From the NCBI RefSeq assembly GCF_009914755.1, contig NC_060934.1: a DNA stretch of 64,000 nt, one strand, 5' to 3'. Shown piece by piece: positions 28,352-42,744 of this stretch (position 1 is the stretch's first letter; the number at the start of each line of letters is the position of its first letter). The position numbers and the translations under genes were made by a program. Source of the stretch: the human T2T-CHM13v2.0 reference genome, Homo sapiens. The notes beneath the pieces are model-generated. The model was not told the origin of the DNA. It saw only the letters and a program-made list of their open reading frames with translations, and did no database searches.

Positions 28352-30249
28352 TAGAAAGAGCTTTTCAGCTGTAAATTGAGACTAAATATTCAATGTACAT
28401 TTTGGCTACCGAATAATTTTTTCCTAGTTACTTAATGTTTCTGAGCTCAAATTTCTTTGTGCAGTATGCAGGTTGGACTGAATGACTTATAAAGTCCCAA
28501 CCAGTTCTACAATTTTAAGATTAATAACTGCTACTTTTTCCTCTAGGTCCTCCACAGACCCTTTAAAATCATGACAGATTATATCAGTGACTAGATTTCT
28601 GTCTTTAAATTCTTATGTTTAGTTCCTTGATACATGCAAACTGTTTTCCTACCCATACATAATGAATATTCTCTTGATTTAATGCAGATTTGGGGGACAC
28701 ATTCCTATATTAATATTTTCTCCTATCCTTGACACTTTCTATAAACTAAGTACATCCTAGCTTAGTGTAATTTTTTGAGTCTGTCCTATAACCTATCACT
28801 AGCCTCTCTTTGGTAACTCTTCTAAACTCTCAATGAGCAAGAAAAACATTACCAACTTACGTACATTATGCGCTCAAACTACTATTATTGTACTGCAGTT
28901 TTTATAATATAAATAATTTGTATGATTATTTGATGAATTATATAATGATAGGTTACTTTTGGCATTAGCAAGATTATTTATAATAAAATGCAGTGTGGTG
29001 GTATTTTGGGAAAAAGTAACCTGAACACCAAAACTTTTATTCTTGATTAATAAAGAGGATAATATGAAATATCCTGGAAGGGAACTGTATATTATTTATG
29101 ACAAAATAAGTCAAATGGAATTGAGCAATGGATTTCTCTTAATCAAATCAATGTATTTGAGCACCTTCCAACTGAAAAAGCAAGGAATTAGTTGAATATC
29201 CCAACCCAAACCAATCTAATAATAATTTATTTCAATTTTCTAGAACCCAATATTTACCTTAACACATAAAGAGCATTTCTGAATCTGTAAGAAAGGAAGG
29301 CCCTAAACAGTCATTGTGTTGCAAAAATCCACATGATCTGTACTCTTCAATGTGGAATGTACTTACCTCTTGTACTTCTAAGCCACAAGAAATTTTAAAG
29401 TACTAGTCAATATTGTTTCATAACAGTTGGGAATTTGGCAGATAGTTATTGAGGGACATTTGATGACCTCTAGCCCCAGATTAGTTTAAAACATTGTTAA
29501 TCTATAAACTACAGGCATGTTCTGCTCTCACACTTACTCCAACATAACAGAAAACAGGCAAAACATATCACTTTATTATGTGTTTTTTATATTAATGGCC
29601 ACTATTCACTCTGATGTTATTATAGATTATGTTGTTCAACATATACTGACTCTTTCATATCACTGAGCAGAGACTAGATGATATTTGGTACAAATGGAAA
29701 AGTAGTAAAATATTTATTCAGAAAGTATGTGAGTTCATTTTACTTAGAGACCTGTGATTACACACATGTGGTTTTAGCAAAAACAGAATTGAGATGCATA
29801 GGCCTTTATCCCTGCAGTGAAACAATTTTTTTTTCTGATTTAAAAAATTATACTCTAAGCAGTTGAGGGATTTTCAGATTCCCAGTTAAATTTTGGGATT
29901 ATATCCTGTTCAAAAATCAGTTTGTGAAACTTGCAATGCCATTCACAAAAGAAAATGATATTTCAGATGGTGATATGCTTTCTCAGCCTGTTCATTGAAC
30001 CCTTCTTGTTTAACTCATGTTTCATGTGAAGTATTTAAGTCACAGTAATCCAGAATGCCACAATAATAATTAGTATTTACTGATTCTTGACCATGCCAAA
30101 AGTATTATATCCATTATCACATTTAATCCTGAAAATAAACCAAACAAATCTTATGGATATAGATAAGAAAAAGAAGATTACTTATCCTTTCCAAGACCAC
30201 AAATCTTGTCAAACCTTGCAAGCCAATATTTACATAGTTCAAATGCACA

Positions 30250-30460
30250 GTAAGCAGTGCTTATTATGTGCTAGGCATTGTTAAATAGCTTTAGATATAT
30301 TTAAATCATTTGCCATCAGAAGTCTGTACTGTAGGTCTTACTATTATCCTCATTTTACAGATGAAGCACAAAGATCCATAGTCACATATTTTGTAACAAG
30401 AGCAGGATCTGCAGCCAGGCAGTCTGGGTCCATGGTCCATGTTCTTACCCATGGTGCAAT
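30250..30460 (-). mobile_element. MIR
   Basis: gtgcttattatgtgctaggcattg...tattatcctcattttacagatgaag...ccaggcagtctgg. Confidence 0.7.
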
Positions 30461-31433
30461 ACTGACTCTTGAAGTCCAGGGTCTACTAAGAATCCAGGTC
30501 TACCTGACTCCAAAGCCAGTGCTTATTTTACTACTCACTGCTGTCACTCTAACGACATGTAGAACAGCTTATGGAATAAGAAAATGCGTTCAATATGCCA
30601 AGTCAAGATGCCTGGAATATTTAAGCTACCCACGTGATTCCCATGCAGAAAATAAAGCCAGAGTCTGCATTTTCCCCCCAGGCTAAGGAAGAAAAATTCA
30701 GTTTGCTAGAAACAATCTCAAAGACCTGTACTAGGGGTTTGTATGGGGAAGGAGGCCAGGATTTGTGCAAGTATAAACTCTGGATTCAGTTCCAAGTTCA
30801 GAATGTTACTCTGGTTAGTTCCACTGACTGCTCCCTCCCCCATTTCATATTTAGTATCTTGATTAAATTGATTCTGATCTTTCCTTCCCAAATATGACTA
30901 TGGTCAGTCTTGGAAGATATCTTCCACCTGTTGGAACCTTAACCAAACACAAAGAGTCCTGAAATCTTTTAAAGATGTTTACAATTTGCAACAATGGGGA
31001 GAAAAAAAATGGGGTAAAAGCAGCATTTTGAAAAGAATTAACCCTTGTGTATGTCTTATTTCTAGAACTGGTGTTTCTGGCTCACTCCATTTTAACAGAG
31101 AATGTTCACCTTATATAATTGCCTGCCCCAAGCCCTCGTCACCTGTTTTGGTTTTTTGTTTGCTTACTGAAATGGTATATTTAAAATATATGTTTCACAA
31201 GGGTGTTTACTCAAAGGAGTACATTTTACTAGATTTCAGAGAAGAACTCTATACTTATCTGTTCATGTTTCATTAAAGCAGGTTTATTTAAAAATCATTA
31301 AAATAACATTTAGGGTTGGATGCAAGGTAGGCTCTCTTGTGATGTGGGGAGCAGTTGGAGATGCATTAGAACTTGGGAATGATTGCAAGTAGATTGCCAA
31401 TGGCAGAGGAATTAAAACAGAAGGAAGCATCCA

Positions 31434-31751
<318 letters not shown>

Positions 31752-31914
31752 TTATCAATATATCTTCTGACCTGAACTTCTTGCAAGGAGAAGTGAGAAA
31801 TGGGCTTTGGGTAAGAGAATAAGAACTGAAAAAATATTTAGCATAGACAAATTTTGTATTGCTAAGCTAAAATCAGTCATTTATTTATACTTAAAGAATC
31901 TTTACGTTTGTGAG

Positions 31915-32475
<561 letters not shown>

Positions 32476-32987
32476 TAGTTATGTCGTTTTTAATATGCAT
32501 TGTGATCCAGATGCTGGGATGATAGTTTTACACAGAGGATCTATACAAAGCACAACTGTACATATAACCTCAAATATTACTGCTAGGATTCTCTAAAAGA
32601 AGTAATATTATTTTATGAAGTGACATAGGACAAACAAAATCCTCAATGACATGACATCAAACCTATTCGCTGCATGCAACTAGCAGGGTGAATGGTAGGG
32701 CGTGGACACAAATCTTTCTGTCAATATTTCCATTTACTCTGGCTTGTGGACCCATGGACACAGACAAGATGGGAACCCTGAAGGGTTCAGCCACCACAGG
32801 TCACTACTTTATGATTCAATTTCATCTTTAGGGCAGGAACCTCTTTACAAAGTGTATGGGTGAGCTTTGGAGTCAGTAAGCAGTGCAATCTTCCCCCAGT
32901 TTTATCTTAGAATAGGTATGTGAACATGAGCAAATTATTAACCTTTCATGAGACATAGCCCCATCATTTGTAAAATGGAGATAAAAG

Positions 32988-33197
32988 TATCTACACATTA
33001 GGTAAGTAACAACTAAAGGAGATGTTGTATATAAAACATAGCACCTTACAGATATTGATTTAGCAAGCCAGCTATTCTTATATTATTATATTTAATCTTC
33101 AAGTTGGAAAACCAGGAACAAATTTACCTTTTTTAGAACAACTAATTTATGTATGTATGCATTTTTATATGTAGGCAAATACCTCTTCTATAAATGT
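32988..33197 (+). repeat. 210-bp direct repeat, copy 1
   Basis: Ungapped alignment to 34074-34283 with 12 mismatches by manual count (~94%). Confidence 0.93.
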
Positions 33198-33994
33198 CCC
33201 TAGGAATTGTTGCTAAAGCAAAATCCTTTCTTCTTGAGAAAGCCTTTAAAGTCTGAAAAGTTGGCAAAGGAAGATTCTTAAGTCCTCTTGTATGAATTAG
33301 CAGACAATTTTTCTCGGCTTTCAAATCACCCTTCCCAAAACAAACCACAAATAGTCCCAATATTTGCACAGATCCCTCAAAGAGAAACAAACTACAGTTT
33401 CCCTGGAGCTCGTTTGTCACTTTTCCCTTTCTTTTAGCATACTCCGAGGCACTTAATGCCATTAGGCAAAATTATGCCATCCATGGCATTGCACCTGGCA
33501 TGGCTAGTGTTCCCAGGTGGAGAAGCAGATGTATAATGGGGCTATTCGAAAATGCTACATTGGAAAAACAGCTATACAAACAAAATTAGTGAGACAACAC
33601 TGAAGATTGCTCTTCCTTCTATTCCAGCATAATTTATCTTCCAGAAAAAAGAATTACTGCATGAACCATGGATGAGCATAATTAAGGGGGAAGGCAAAGT
33701 GGAGGAGTTTTGTAGCCGCATCCCGTGTACATTGTGCAGGGAGAGAGAAGGGAAACCAAAGCATTCACTCATATGTCCATGCATATTAAGCCATTTAGCT
33801 GGCATATGGAATGTTTCAGGTTGTTCCAGGGATATAGACAAGGAACTAAATATTGACTCAGCAAGAGCTCAAATGAGAGGTCTAATTAAATTAAATGGTA
33901 CAAAGGGGAGGCTTGTTTCATAGACTCCAGTAATTGCTTAAAACACAAAAGAGACCAAATAATGCTCAAAGAAGTATAGTAACAAACAAGAAAA

Positions 33995-34000
33995 TATCTG

Positions 34001-34038
<38 letters not shown>

Positions 34039-34070
34039 ATCCATCTATCATCTATTTATCATCTATCTAT
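33995..34070. repeat. (TATC)n / GATA tetranucleotide microsatellite
   Basis: About 9 perfect TCTA units followed by degenerate units. Confidence 0.95.
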
Positions 34071-34073
34071 AAA

Positions 34074-34280
34074 TATCTACACACTAGGTAAGTAACAGCT
34101 AAAGGAGATGATGTATATAAAACATAGCACCTTACAGAGATTGATTTAGCAAGTTAGCTATTCTAATATTATTATATTTAATCTTCAGGTTGAAAAACCA
34201 GGCACAAATTTACCTTGTTTAGAACAACTAATTTATATATGTATGCATTTTTATATGTAGGCAAATACCTCTTCTATAAA

Positions 34281-34283
<3 letters not shown>
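34074..34283 (+). repeat. 210-bp direct repeat, copy 2
   Basis: Matches 32988-33197; flanked by (TATC)n on the left and (TG)n(TA)n on the right. Confidence 0.93.

Positions 34284-34316
<33 letters not shown>
34281..34316. repeat. (TG)9(TA)9 compound microsatellite
   Basis: Direct reading. Confidence 0.93.
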
Positions 34317-35179
34317 GTGAGAGGGAGAGAAGACATGAGCATAAAAGTTACCAAGAGTTCAAAGGCTATGGTTGGCTCAATTGTGAAAAATGGTTGGAAT
34401 TTGTTATGACAATATATAATCAGTGGTGCCTTTAAGCAGTCTGGCGATGACACATGCATCAGCATGTTAGTTTTAATTTTACGTTAATGACTGCCTATCT
34501 GCAGAAATGCCTTAGGATAATGTCCTTTCTTTGGACAAACTTGATTGATACTTCACGAATTATAGGAGCAATGGTTCTGAACTCTAAAAATGCTGTGCTT
34601 TAAGTCCTGCCCAAGGAAAGAGTGAGGGTGAGGGACCATGAAGATGATTCTGGTGTACTAGGGTTGTCTATTTCAGAATAATACATTGAGAATGTTGGAC
34701 AGCATTTATAGAAATAGACAGATTTCATCTCTGACCCAAAAGCACTATTGCTGAGTGTTGGGCATGCCAGAGCCCATCTTGGATAAAAGGGAGATGCAGG
34801 ATGGAACTGGGGAATGAGGAGAAAAGAGGCTCTTTTTCTTCCTTGTACCTTAGCTCTCTGAGCCTTAGTCTGTCATCTATAAAATCAGAATAATAATGGG
34901 ACCTTCTTCATTGGTTTGAAGATTTAAATAACATATTTAAGGGATGTAAAACCACTTCTGGTCATTATTTAGAGCTCAATAAATGTTAGTTGTCATTGTG
35001 GTTACCATTACTCTTACCGTAATACTCACAGAAATGAAGAATAAGAACCCTGTCCTAAAAGAGTGTTTCATCTGCTCAAAGGGAAAGATAGGAACCCTGG
35101 ATCTGCTCAATTTTACATTTTCACTAAAGCTTCCATGCCCCTCTGCTGGGCAACTTAACATTAAATGTACATACTTTAG

Positions 35180-35390
35180 AATGAGGGAACTGGGTTTAAG
35201 ATATGGCTCTGCCTCTTAATAGCTTTGTGACCTTGGATAGTTGTTAGACCTCTTTAAGTTGCAATTTTCATATCTATAAGATTGTAATAATAATAGCTAT
35301 TCCATGGAGGATTTTTTGGTAAGTATAAAAAATGTCAATGCATTTTAAATATTTAGAACAGTGCCTAGCATTAATAAGCACTCATTTTCA
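35180..35390 (+). mobile_element. MIR
   Basis: ctgggtttaag..tggctctgcctcttaatagctttgtgaccttgga...atttagaacagtgcctagca. Confidence 0.7.
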
Positions 35391-37135
35391 TGTACTATAC
35401 AGGCATATGCATATATTACATATATAGTTTACAAATGTAAACCAAACTGACATGCACACACACATATTCCACCCTTCATTCTTTTAGCTTTAAATAAAAT
35501 TACAAACTTTTTTAGCATGATGAAACCTAGTTATATCACTGAATCTCTCTGTCTCTGTCTCTGTTTCTCTCTCTCTCACTCAATCACACTCTCAAATATA
35601 CAAGCATATGCTAGCAAAGCGTTAGTTATTATCTGGATCTCTACTTACACTACTTCCTAATTTAAACAAATCTTTTAAAATTTATTATTAAAAACATCAC
35701 CTTGCATTCTTAGAACATTTATATTTTCAGGTCAGTTACATAGACATTTTCTCTCTCCATCTAACCAAATTCTAATTCTTTATTATTTAGTGCAAATTTT
35801 CTGTGAAATTCTTTAGGCTATTCAAATGAAAGTACTTTATTTCCTGCAAATCTTTGGCATCTATTGTCCAAAACATTTATTAATTCTGTACTGCTCCTAA
35901 ACATTTCTGTAAATATAATGGGCTGTTGTACCCTGCCCTACATCTTAAAAGTCCTTGCTACTAGAAGTGTTAATCTTGCCAAAAAAATGACTTCTTTGAA
36001 TTTCTAGGTAGTTAAAGTTCTATTCTGTACAGTAATTGAATATTTCTGACATGTAACCTTATATAAACACTCTAATAGCAAATAAAAATGTCTCTATGTC
36101 CATTGTTGAAATCTCAGGGCTAAATGTCTCCATTTGTATTAGGAACAAGTAGATTAAAGTCCAACCATCCTTCTGAAGAGCTTTTCCCTTGTGCTGAATA
36201 CAGTTAATGACAGCCTAAGTCTTTTGTTTGTTTTTTTTTTTTTTGTACAATTCATCCATTACTCATCAGCTATATCTGAAACAAACTCTAATCTTGGTAC
36301 AGAAGCAGAGAACATTATTCTTCCTCAAAGCCTATGCCACGTGTTGCTGCTAAAACAGGAATGGACAAAAAAACAGTTTCATAATAAATAGAGAAATGAG
36401 CTTACTAAAGGCACGGCATTTTCTTACCTTTTTTCTTTACACATAATTTGAAATAACTCTTACAACAATTAGATGAAATATATCAGTGAATAATATCACT
36501 TTAGGGTAAATTTAACATTTATCCAATATTAGCTAATTCCATGACTACTGCCATGACTACTACGACTATTATTAATAATAATAATCACAAATATTTAATG
36601 AGCACCTGCTACATGCTGGACACTAGGCTAAGCAACTTACGTGTAGTAGAATTTCCCTCCTGGAAGGTATTTATTGTCCAGTGAGCAACCTTTCTATTCT
36701 TCCCTTTCCTTGTACATAAATGATGGAGGCCTCATTAGTGAGATTCCAGAAAGTACATAATCCCTGGTCCATGTGTAAAAATGTAGAGAAAAGCTCCCTA
36801 CCAACCTGTATTAAACTTAAACGCAAGTGAAATTTAAACTTTTGTTGTGTTGAGTCACTGAGAATTGGTAGCTGTTTGTTACCACAGCATAACCTAGCCT
36901 AAATTGCCTAATTCAGTGTTATTGACTGAAACAAACCTTTCTTACACGTTTTTCAATCATATTCATTCCATGTTATGTGAATGAGAGCCTGAGGCTAGCA
37001 TATACATAATTTATCTCTGTGTTGAAGAGGAATAGACTTGAACTCTACAGCTGGTTGGAAGTATAAGTGAGGGTCCTAAAACTTGCATGAGACAAAGTCA
37101 ATTTTGTAGTCAGTGATAAGAAATACCATGTGCGC

Positions 37136-37552
<417 letters not shown>

Positions 37553-37870
37553 TTAAAAAACACTGAATGTTGCTAGAAAACTCAACCACGAATTGCCTGT
37601 GACCCAGGGCTTGACCAAAGCTTCCTTAAGACATCAAATATTGCAAAGAGACAACTTAATGCACTTATTCCCCTATGGTTGTCAGTGTTTTTTTTTGTGA
37701 TTAGCTAGATCATCAGAAAGTAACATTTCCAGGTCATATTATTACCACAAATCCGTGCTAAAGAGCCTTCACTAAGTTGAAATTTAATGTAACTTCAGGT
37801 TTTATTGAGGGTCAATGAAGAAATGTCTATTTGAACATTTCTGTCTTTTACAGACCCCTAGGTTAGGACA

Positions 37871-37919
37871 TTGTTACCATTTGTTACCATTTGTTATTCA
37901 TGTTACCATTTGTTATTCA
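37871..37919. repeat. Short tandem repeat of ttgttaccat/ttgttattca units
   Basis: Five ~10-bp units read directly. Confidence 0.85.
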
Positions 37920-38629
37920 AATAATTACCATACACAATAAGTTTCTCTTTAAATTTGAAGCCTGAAAAAATGTTCTGTCTTAAGAAATGTCTATGCTGTC
38001 TATCAACAAGTAATGACAACTCTAAACTATAATTACTTATTAATTTCTAGTTAAGTTTACTCATCTAGAGTAACTAATTAATCCCAAAAGTCTTTATACT
38101 TTTGAAAATTCTTTAGAGCTTGTTTCTATTTTGAGTTTCAAATTTTTATATTTTTCTTGATTTCTGAAACTGTTGTAATTTTTCAGAAGCAGGTGGAAAC
38201 AAACTCTATTTATGAAATAAAACTTCCTGTAATTTATTATTATTTTTTGCTTGTCTTTTCTTTCTGGCTGCATTTCTAGAGAACAAAGACCTTGCTTATT
38301 CATCTCTGCGGTGTTGTTTCAGAGCAGGCAAAATGAGAATAAATATATGTTAGCATGGAATGACACAAAGAGCTCTGAAAATAAAGCCCAAATTCACATT
38401 TTCGCTCCATCAGTTACTAACCATGTGACATTTGGCAAGTTATGTTCATTTATTAGCCTTTCTTTTCTTGTCAACAAAATATCATAAGTTTACTTGTAGC
38501 ACTGTTGGGAGGATAGAGAATATATATAAATGTGTCAATAAGAGTATTCACCAAATCAGCAAATACTCCTGTCACCTTTTCTCCACCTATAAAGTGACAG
38601 TAAAGGACACAATGATGCTACTATTTGTC

Positions 38630-39170
38630 TCTTGAGTAGGTACCCACAAAGAGAGCCTGAGAGAAATTTACTCATGTGCTTTACTGAAGGTCTGTTCTCA
38701 GAAGGGGAGGGAAGAAAAAAGCATGGGGAGGTAGGGCCTGGAACTAATAAGAAAATTATTAATCTAAGTCTGAGACTAGCTTTACCTGACCTCAGAGTGG
38801 GTTGTGAAATTGTACAGCAGAGTTGGTTCCATCTTGAAGCAAGGAGCCTGAGCTTTATATCCTTCTCTCAGTCAGTTATTAGCGATTGGTTGTCAGAGCA
38901 TGCAGGGGTGGTGGTGCATAACCACTCATACATAGTGACTCCTGCTTGGCTGACAACATTATCCAGAAAAAGGAGCAGCTGTGAGATGTTAGCAGCCAAC
39001 ACTCACAGTAGCAGGAAAATGGGCAACCAGGTAAAGGGATGGCCACTGGCATCAGAGTGGGTGGAGACTGGAAATGTTGTTAAACACTCTACAATGTTCA
39101 AGGAAGCCCCCCACAACAAAGAATTATCCAGCCCCCAAAGTCAATAGTGCTGCAGATGAGAAACTGTGGA
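38630..39170. mobile_element. MLT1-like LTR relic followed by a MER5-like hAT fragment
   Basis: gagcagctgtgagatgttagcagccaacactcacag (MLT1-like); ccccacaacaaagaattatccagcccccaaagtcaatagtgctg...gagaaactg (MER5/MER20-type terminus). Confidence 0.55.
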
Positions 39171-39298
39171 ACAGATGAAAGCATGAAAAAAATCAATGTT
39201 TAATAATTATTACTAGGAGTTATTGATTTGCTATTAATAACATTCAGACATTAGTAATCAAAAGGGAAAATATGGAATTTCATTGATTTTGCTAGGGA

Positions 39299-39319
39299 AC
39301 ACACACACACACACACACA
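39299..39319. repeat. (AC)10 microsatellite
   Basis: Direct reading. Confidence 0.93.
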
Positions 39320-40888
39320 AACAACCTCACAGTTTTTATCCTGTGACTTTAGTATTCTTTCATATTATGCAACAACAAGCATAAATTCAGCATGAGTCAG
39401 ACTGAAATGACTACTTTTGCAAATATCATCCATACAGTCTTGTGCCTTTTTCCACATCTGCTTTCAGTTCTGCCTTATACATGCCTTTATAGATTTTGAC
39501 GCCAGCACTTTACTATCCTAGAATCTACAGCTACTTGATTTTTTTTTTTGTCTTCTCTCCCCTTTTCTTCTGTGTTTTTCCCCGGCTTTCAGCTCAACTC
39601 GTGAACATCAGGATGTCTGCATCCAGCTCTGTTTTTTTCCTTCAGCTGCACTTTGCCTAATGGGGAATTTGGCACATTCCTATAGTTGTCAAATACATCT
39701 TGTTCACTTTCATGGCCTCTCATTTCATCTCTGGCTTTGAAGTTCTATAGTTCAGGTTGTTTAGCACACAAGAGAAATAATTAATCTCCTCCCTCTTTTC
39801 TAAGGATTGATAACAACCAAGCTAATTATTTACTCCAGAACAGAAATAATTGTTTATGCTAAGTTTTAAATTCAGGCAAAATTCCTTTTGAATAATATGG
39901 AACTATTTGACATATGAATAAGAATATAGTAATTATTGTAAGGAGTACATTTAACAGTAGAGACTCTCACATCACATCTATACTTTTTTTTATCTCCCCC
40001 CTTCATTTCTTTCCTTCCCATATCCAGGTTTGTGTGTGTGTGCTTCATCCAGATTTTTTTTTCTATCTCTGTAATTGCACAAAAGGGATCTAATTTCACA
40101 AAACAGATCACTGCCATTTGTGAGAGAGATACCACAGCAGTCTCAGTAAACCATGTCAAATCAATTCTCAAATCATAAACAATATATTGTACCATTTTGG
40201 TACACATGTACTTTTTTCTAGGTTTGCAATTAGCAGGTAACTCCTGAAGGAGCTGATCTCATTCTCACTGATGCAGATTGCTTAAGCAAAATTGGAGAAG
40301 CACCCTCTTAAAATCAATCAAAATGAAACAAAACTGCCTTCTGTAGCATAATATAATTTGTCAGTTGGTACTGAGAAGAGTAATTTGGATAGCAACTGTG
40401 AAGGGAAAGGTAAAACAAAGAAGAATAAGATCAGAGATTCTGATTTGGAAGGAACCACGAGGCTCATTTCATCCCAAACTTGATAGATGAAGAAATGGAC
40501 CCAAAGAGATTAATGTCTAGACTATAACAGGTCTTATAATTTGGGGTCCAGCAGCTTTTCTATAGCCTCATGTTAGCTTCTCATTTTGAGGCTGAAGTGT
40601 CTGTTCTGATTAGTTCTTCTTAAGAATCCAGAATCATTAAATCATCACTATTATTAATACTGTGCTCTAGTCTGTGTTTCCCCACATCTTTCAATTAAAA
40701 TCATTCCTTAGCTCTTGATGTATGTAGCAACCATCCTAGCAGGGTATGCTAATACCACCCACTCCTCTCCTACCTCCCACCCCTGTCATCTCAGCACTAA
40801 AGTCACCGAGAGGTCATAGGGCTTCATTTCAGTAGCAATGAAGTAAAGAACATGAGACCTAGAATGAAATAAAGAACATGAGATTCTA

Positions 40889-41191
40889 GGTCAGGCGCGG
40901 TGGCTTACGCCTGTAATCCCAGCACTTTGGGAGGCCGAGGTGAGCGGACCACGAGGTCAGGAGATCGAGACCATCCTGGCTAACACGGTGAAACCCCGTC
41001 TCTACTAAAAATACAAAAAAATTAGCCGGGCGTGATGGCGGGCACCTGTAGTCCCAGCTACTTAGGAGGCTGAGACAGGAGAATGGCATGAACCCGGGAG
41101 GCGGAGCTTGCAGTGAGCCGAGATGGCACCATTGCACTCCAGACCGGGCGACAGAGCGAGGCTCCGCCTCAAAAAAAAAAAAAAAAAAAAA
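40889..41191 (+). mobile_element. AluY, full length
   Basis: Y diagnostics, CpG-rich, A21 tail; no obvious TSD. Confidence 0.95.
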
Positions 41192-41534
41192 TCCCTCACC
41201 TATTTCATTGTTTATAAAATGAATATGAGATAGATAGCTATAACATAAAGAGATTATTTCTAAGGTTTCTTCAAGTACCATTATAACTGAATGCATTGCA
41301 CAATCAAAAAGAAAATCCAATTCATTGTAATATTAGTTTACCTAGATATCAAGGAAATGCCTTAGTCCACTTTATTACAATGCAATACAAAAGAAAAAAA
41401 GGAAGAACAGCACCCCCACATGCATTTTTTGAAGTATATCCTTTAAATTACTAAGGTCTGATTACTTCCATGTACCTCCTGCTTAAGATTAAAAGAAACA
41501 AAAAGCAACACTCAATAGGGTTGAATTTACTGAA

Positions 41535-41720
41535 GCATCTTCTTTCTTCTCTTTCCTTTTTCTTTCTTTTATTCCTCCTCTTCTTGCTTCTCCTCCTTTC
41601 CCTTTCTTCATTTCTTTTGCTTCTCTCCCTTCCACTTCATACTTCTTCCCGTCTTTCTTTCTCTATAAATATTCCAGTTAATTTTCCAATTTTTTTTTAA
41701 TTTTCCCTGTTTTCTTTCTG
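41535..41720. repeat. CT-rich low-complexity tract
   Basis: Near-continuous polypyrimidine (ttc/ttcc/tttc). Confidence 0.8.
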
Positions 41721-42744
41721 TCTACAAATGATTGCAGTAGGTTCAGAAAGCTCATTAACTATTTTCCTTAATGCTTTAACAAAGCAAACACATTAACCTA
41801 CTGTCATTCTGTAAGTACTTGATTGCCTACATTCTGTAAGCCCTCATGGCTCTTTTGGTCAATAGCTGAATTATTGCTGTTTCCTATCTTTCCTAATTGA
41901 ATGAACATGGCCCCTTGATTTCTGTTGAAGCTGAGTTGCAGTTGCTTGGCGAATTTTCAGTCTTTCTGATCTTTCCCCTTTGACTGATTAGTTTTATTTA
42001 TCATCCAGTTTTTTAAATTGTGGCTTTGGCACACCTGCCTCAGGCTAAGAGAACGTGATTAAACACATTAAAAGAAATCCACAGAACAGAGTGGTTACAT
42101 AATTAATCAGTCTTGAGCAGTACCAAAAAAATGCTGACCCAAAAGCATGACATTTGGGGAAAGGGTAATTTTAAGAGTTTAAAAACATTCTAATGAATTG
42201 ATTTTTGTTCCTGAATTTCCTTTTTCATATATACAGGCTAGAATATAACAATAGTTATTTCTTTATAGCAAGTCTCCTTTTACAAAATACAACAGTTTCC
42301 CACTAGGCGTGGTGTATAGGAATACTAGGTGAACAGTTGATGAAGAATCTGCTCCCTGATGAGAATGCCTTGAGGTAAGTCAGATACATTTTAATCTTCT
42401 TAGAGTTATATTTTTTATTCTATTTCTAATTTAGGACATTCATACATCAAGATGACTAGGGGAACTGAACTGCAACAGTATGTATTTTCCATAGAAATTT
42501 TTATATACTCACCTCTTTTTTTTTTAGTGTTTTTTCTTTTATTATACTTTAAGTTCTAGGATACATGTGCACAATGTGCAGGTTTGTTACATATGTATAC
42601 ATGTGCCAAGTTGGTGTGCTGCACCCATTAACTCATCATTTACATTAGGTATATCTCCTAATGCTATCCCTCCCCCCTCCACCCACCCCATGACAGGCCC
42701 CGGTGTGTGATGTTCCCCACCCTGTGTCCAAGTATTCTCATTGT

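Noticed and set aside
37871-37919. Short repeated units considered as an array-like system
   Set aside because: No spacers; ordinary slippage-derived tandem repeat in eukaryotic DNA, not CRISPR-like.
38632-39147. 171-aa plus-strand ORF, the longest non-L1 ORF
   Set aside because: Non-ATG start, lies across MLT1/MER5-like relics, no recognisable domain or exon context.
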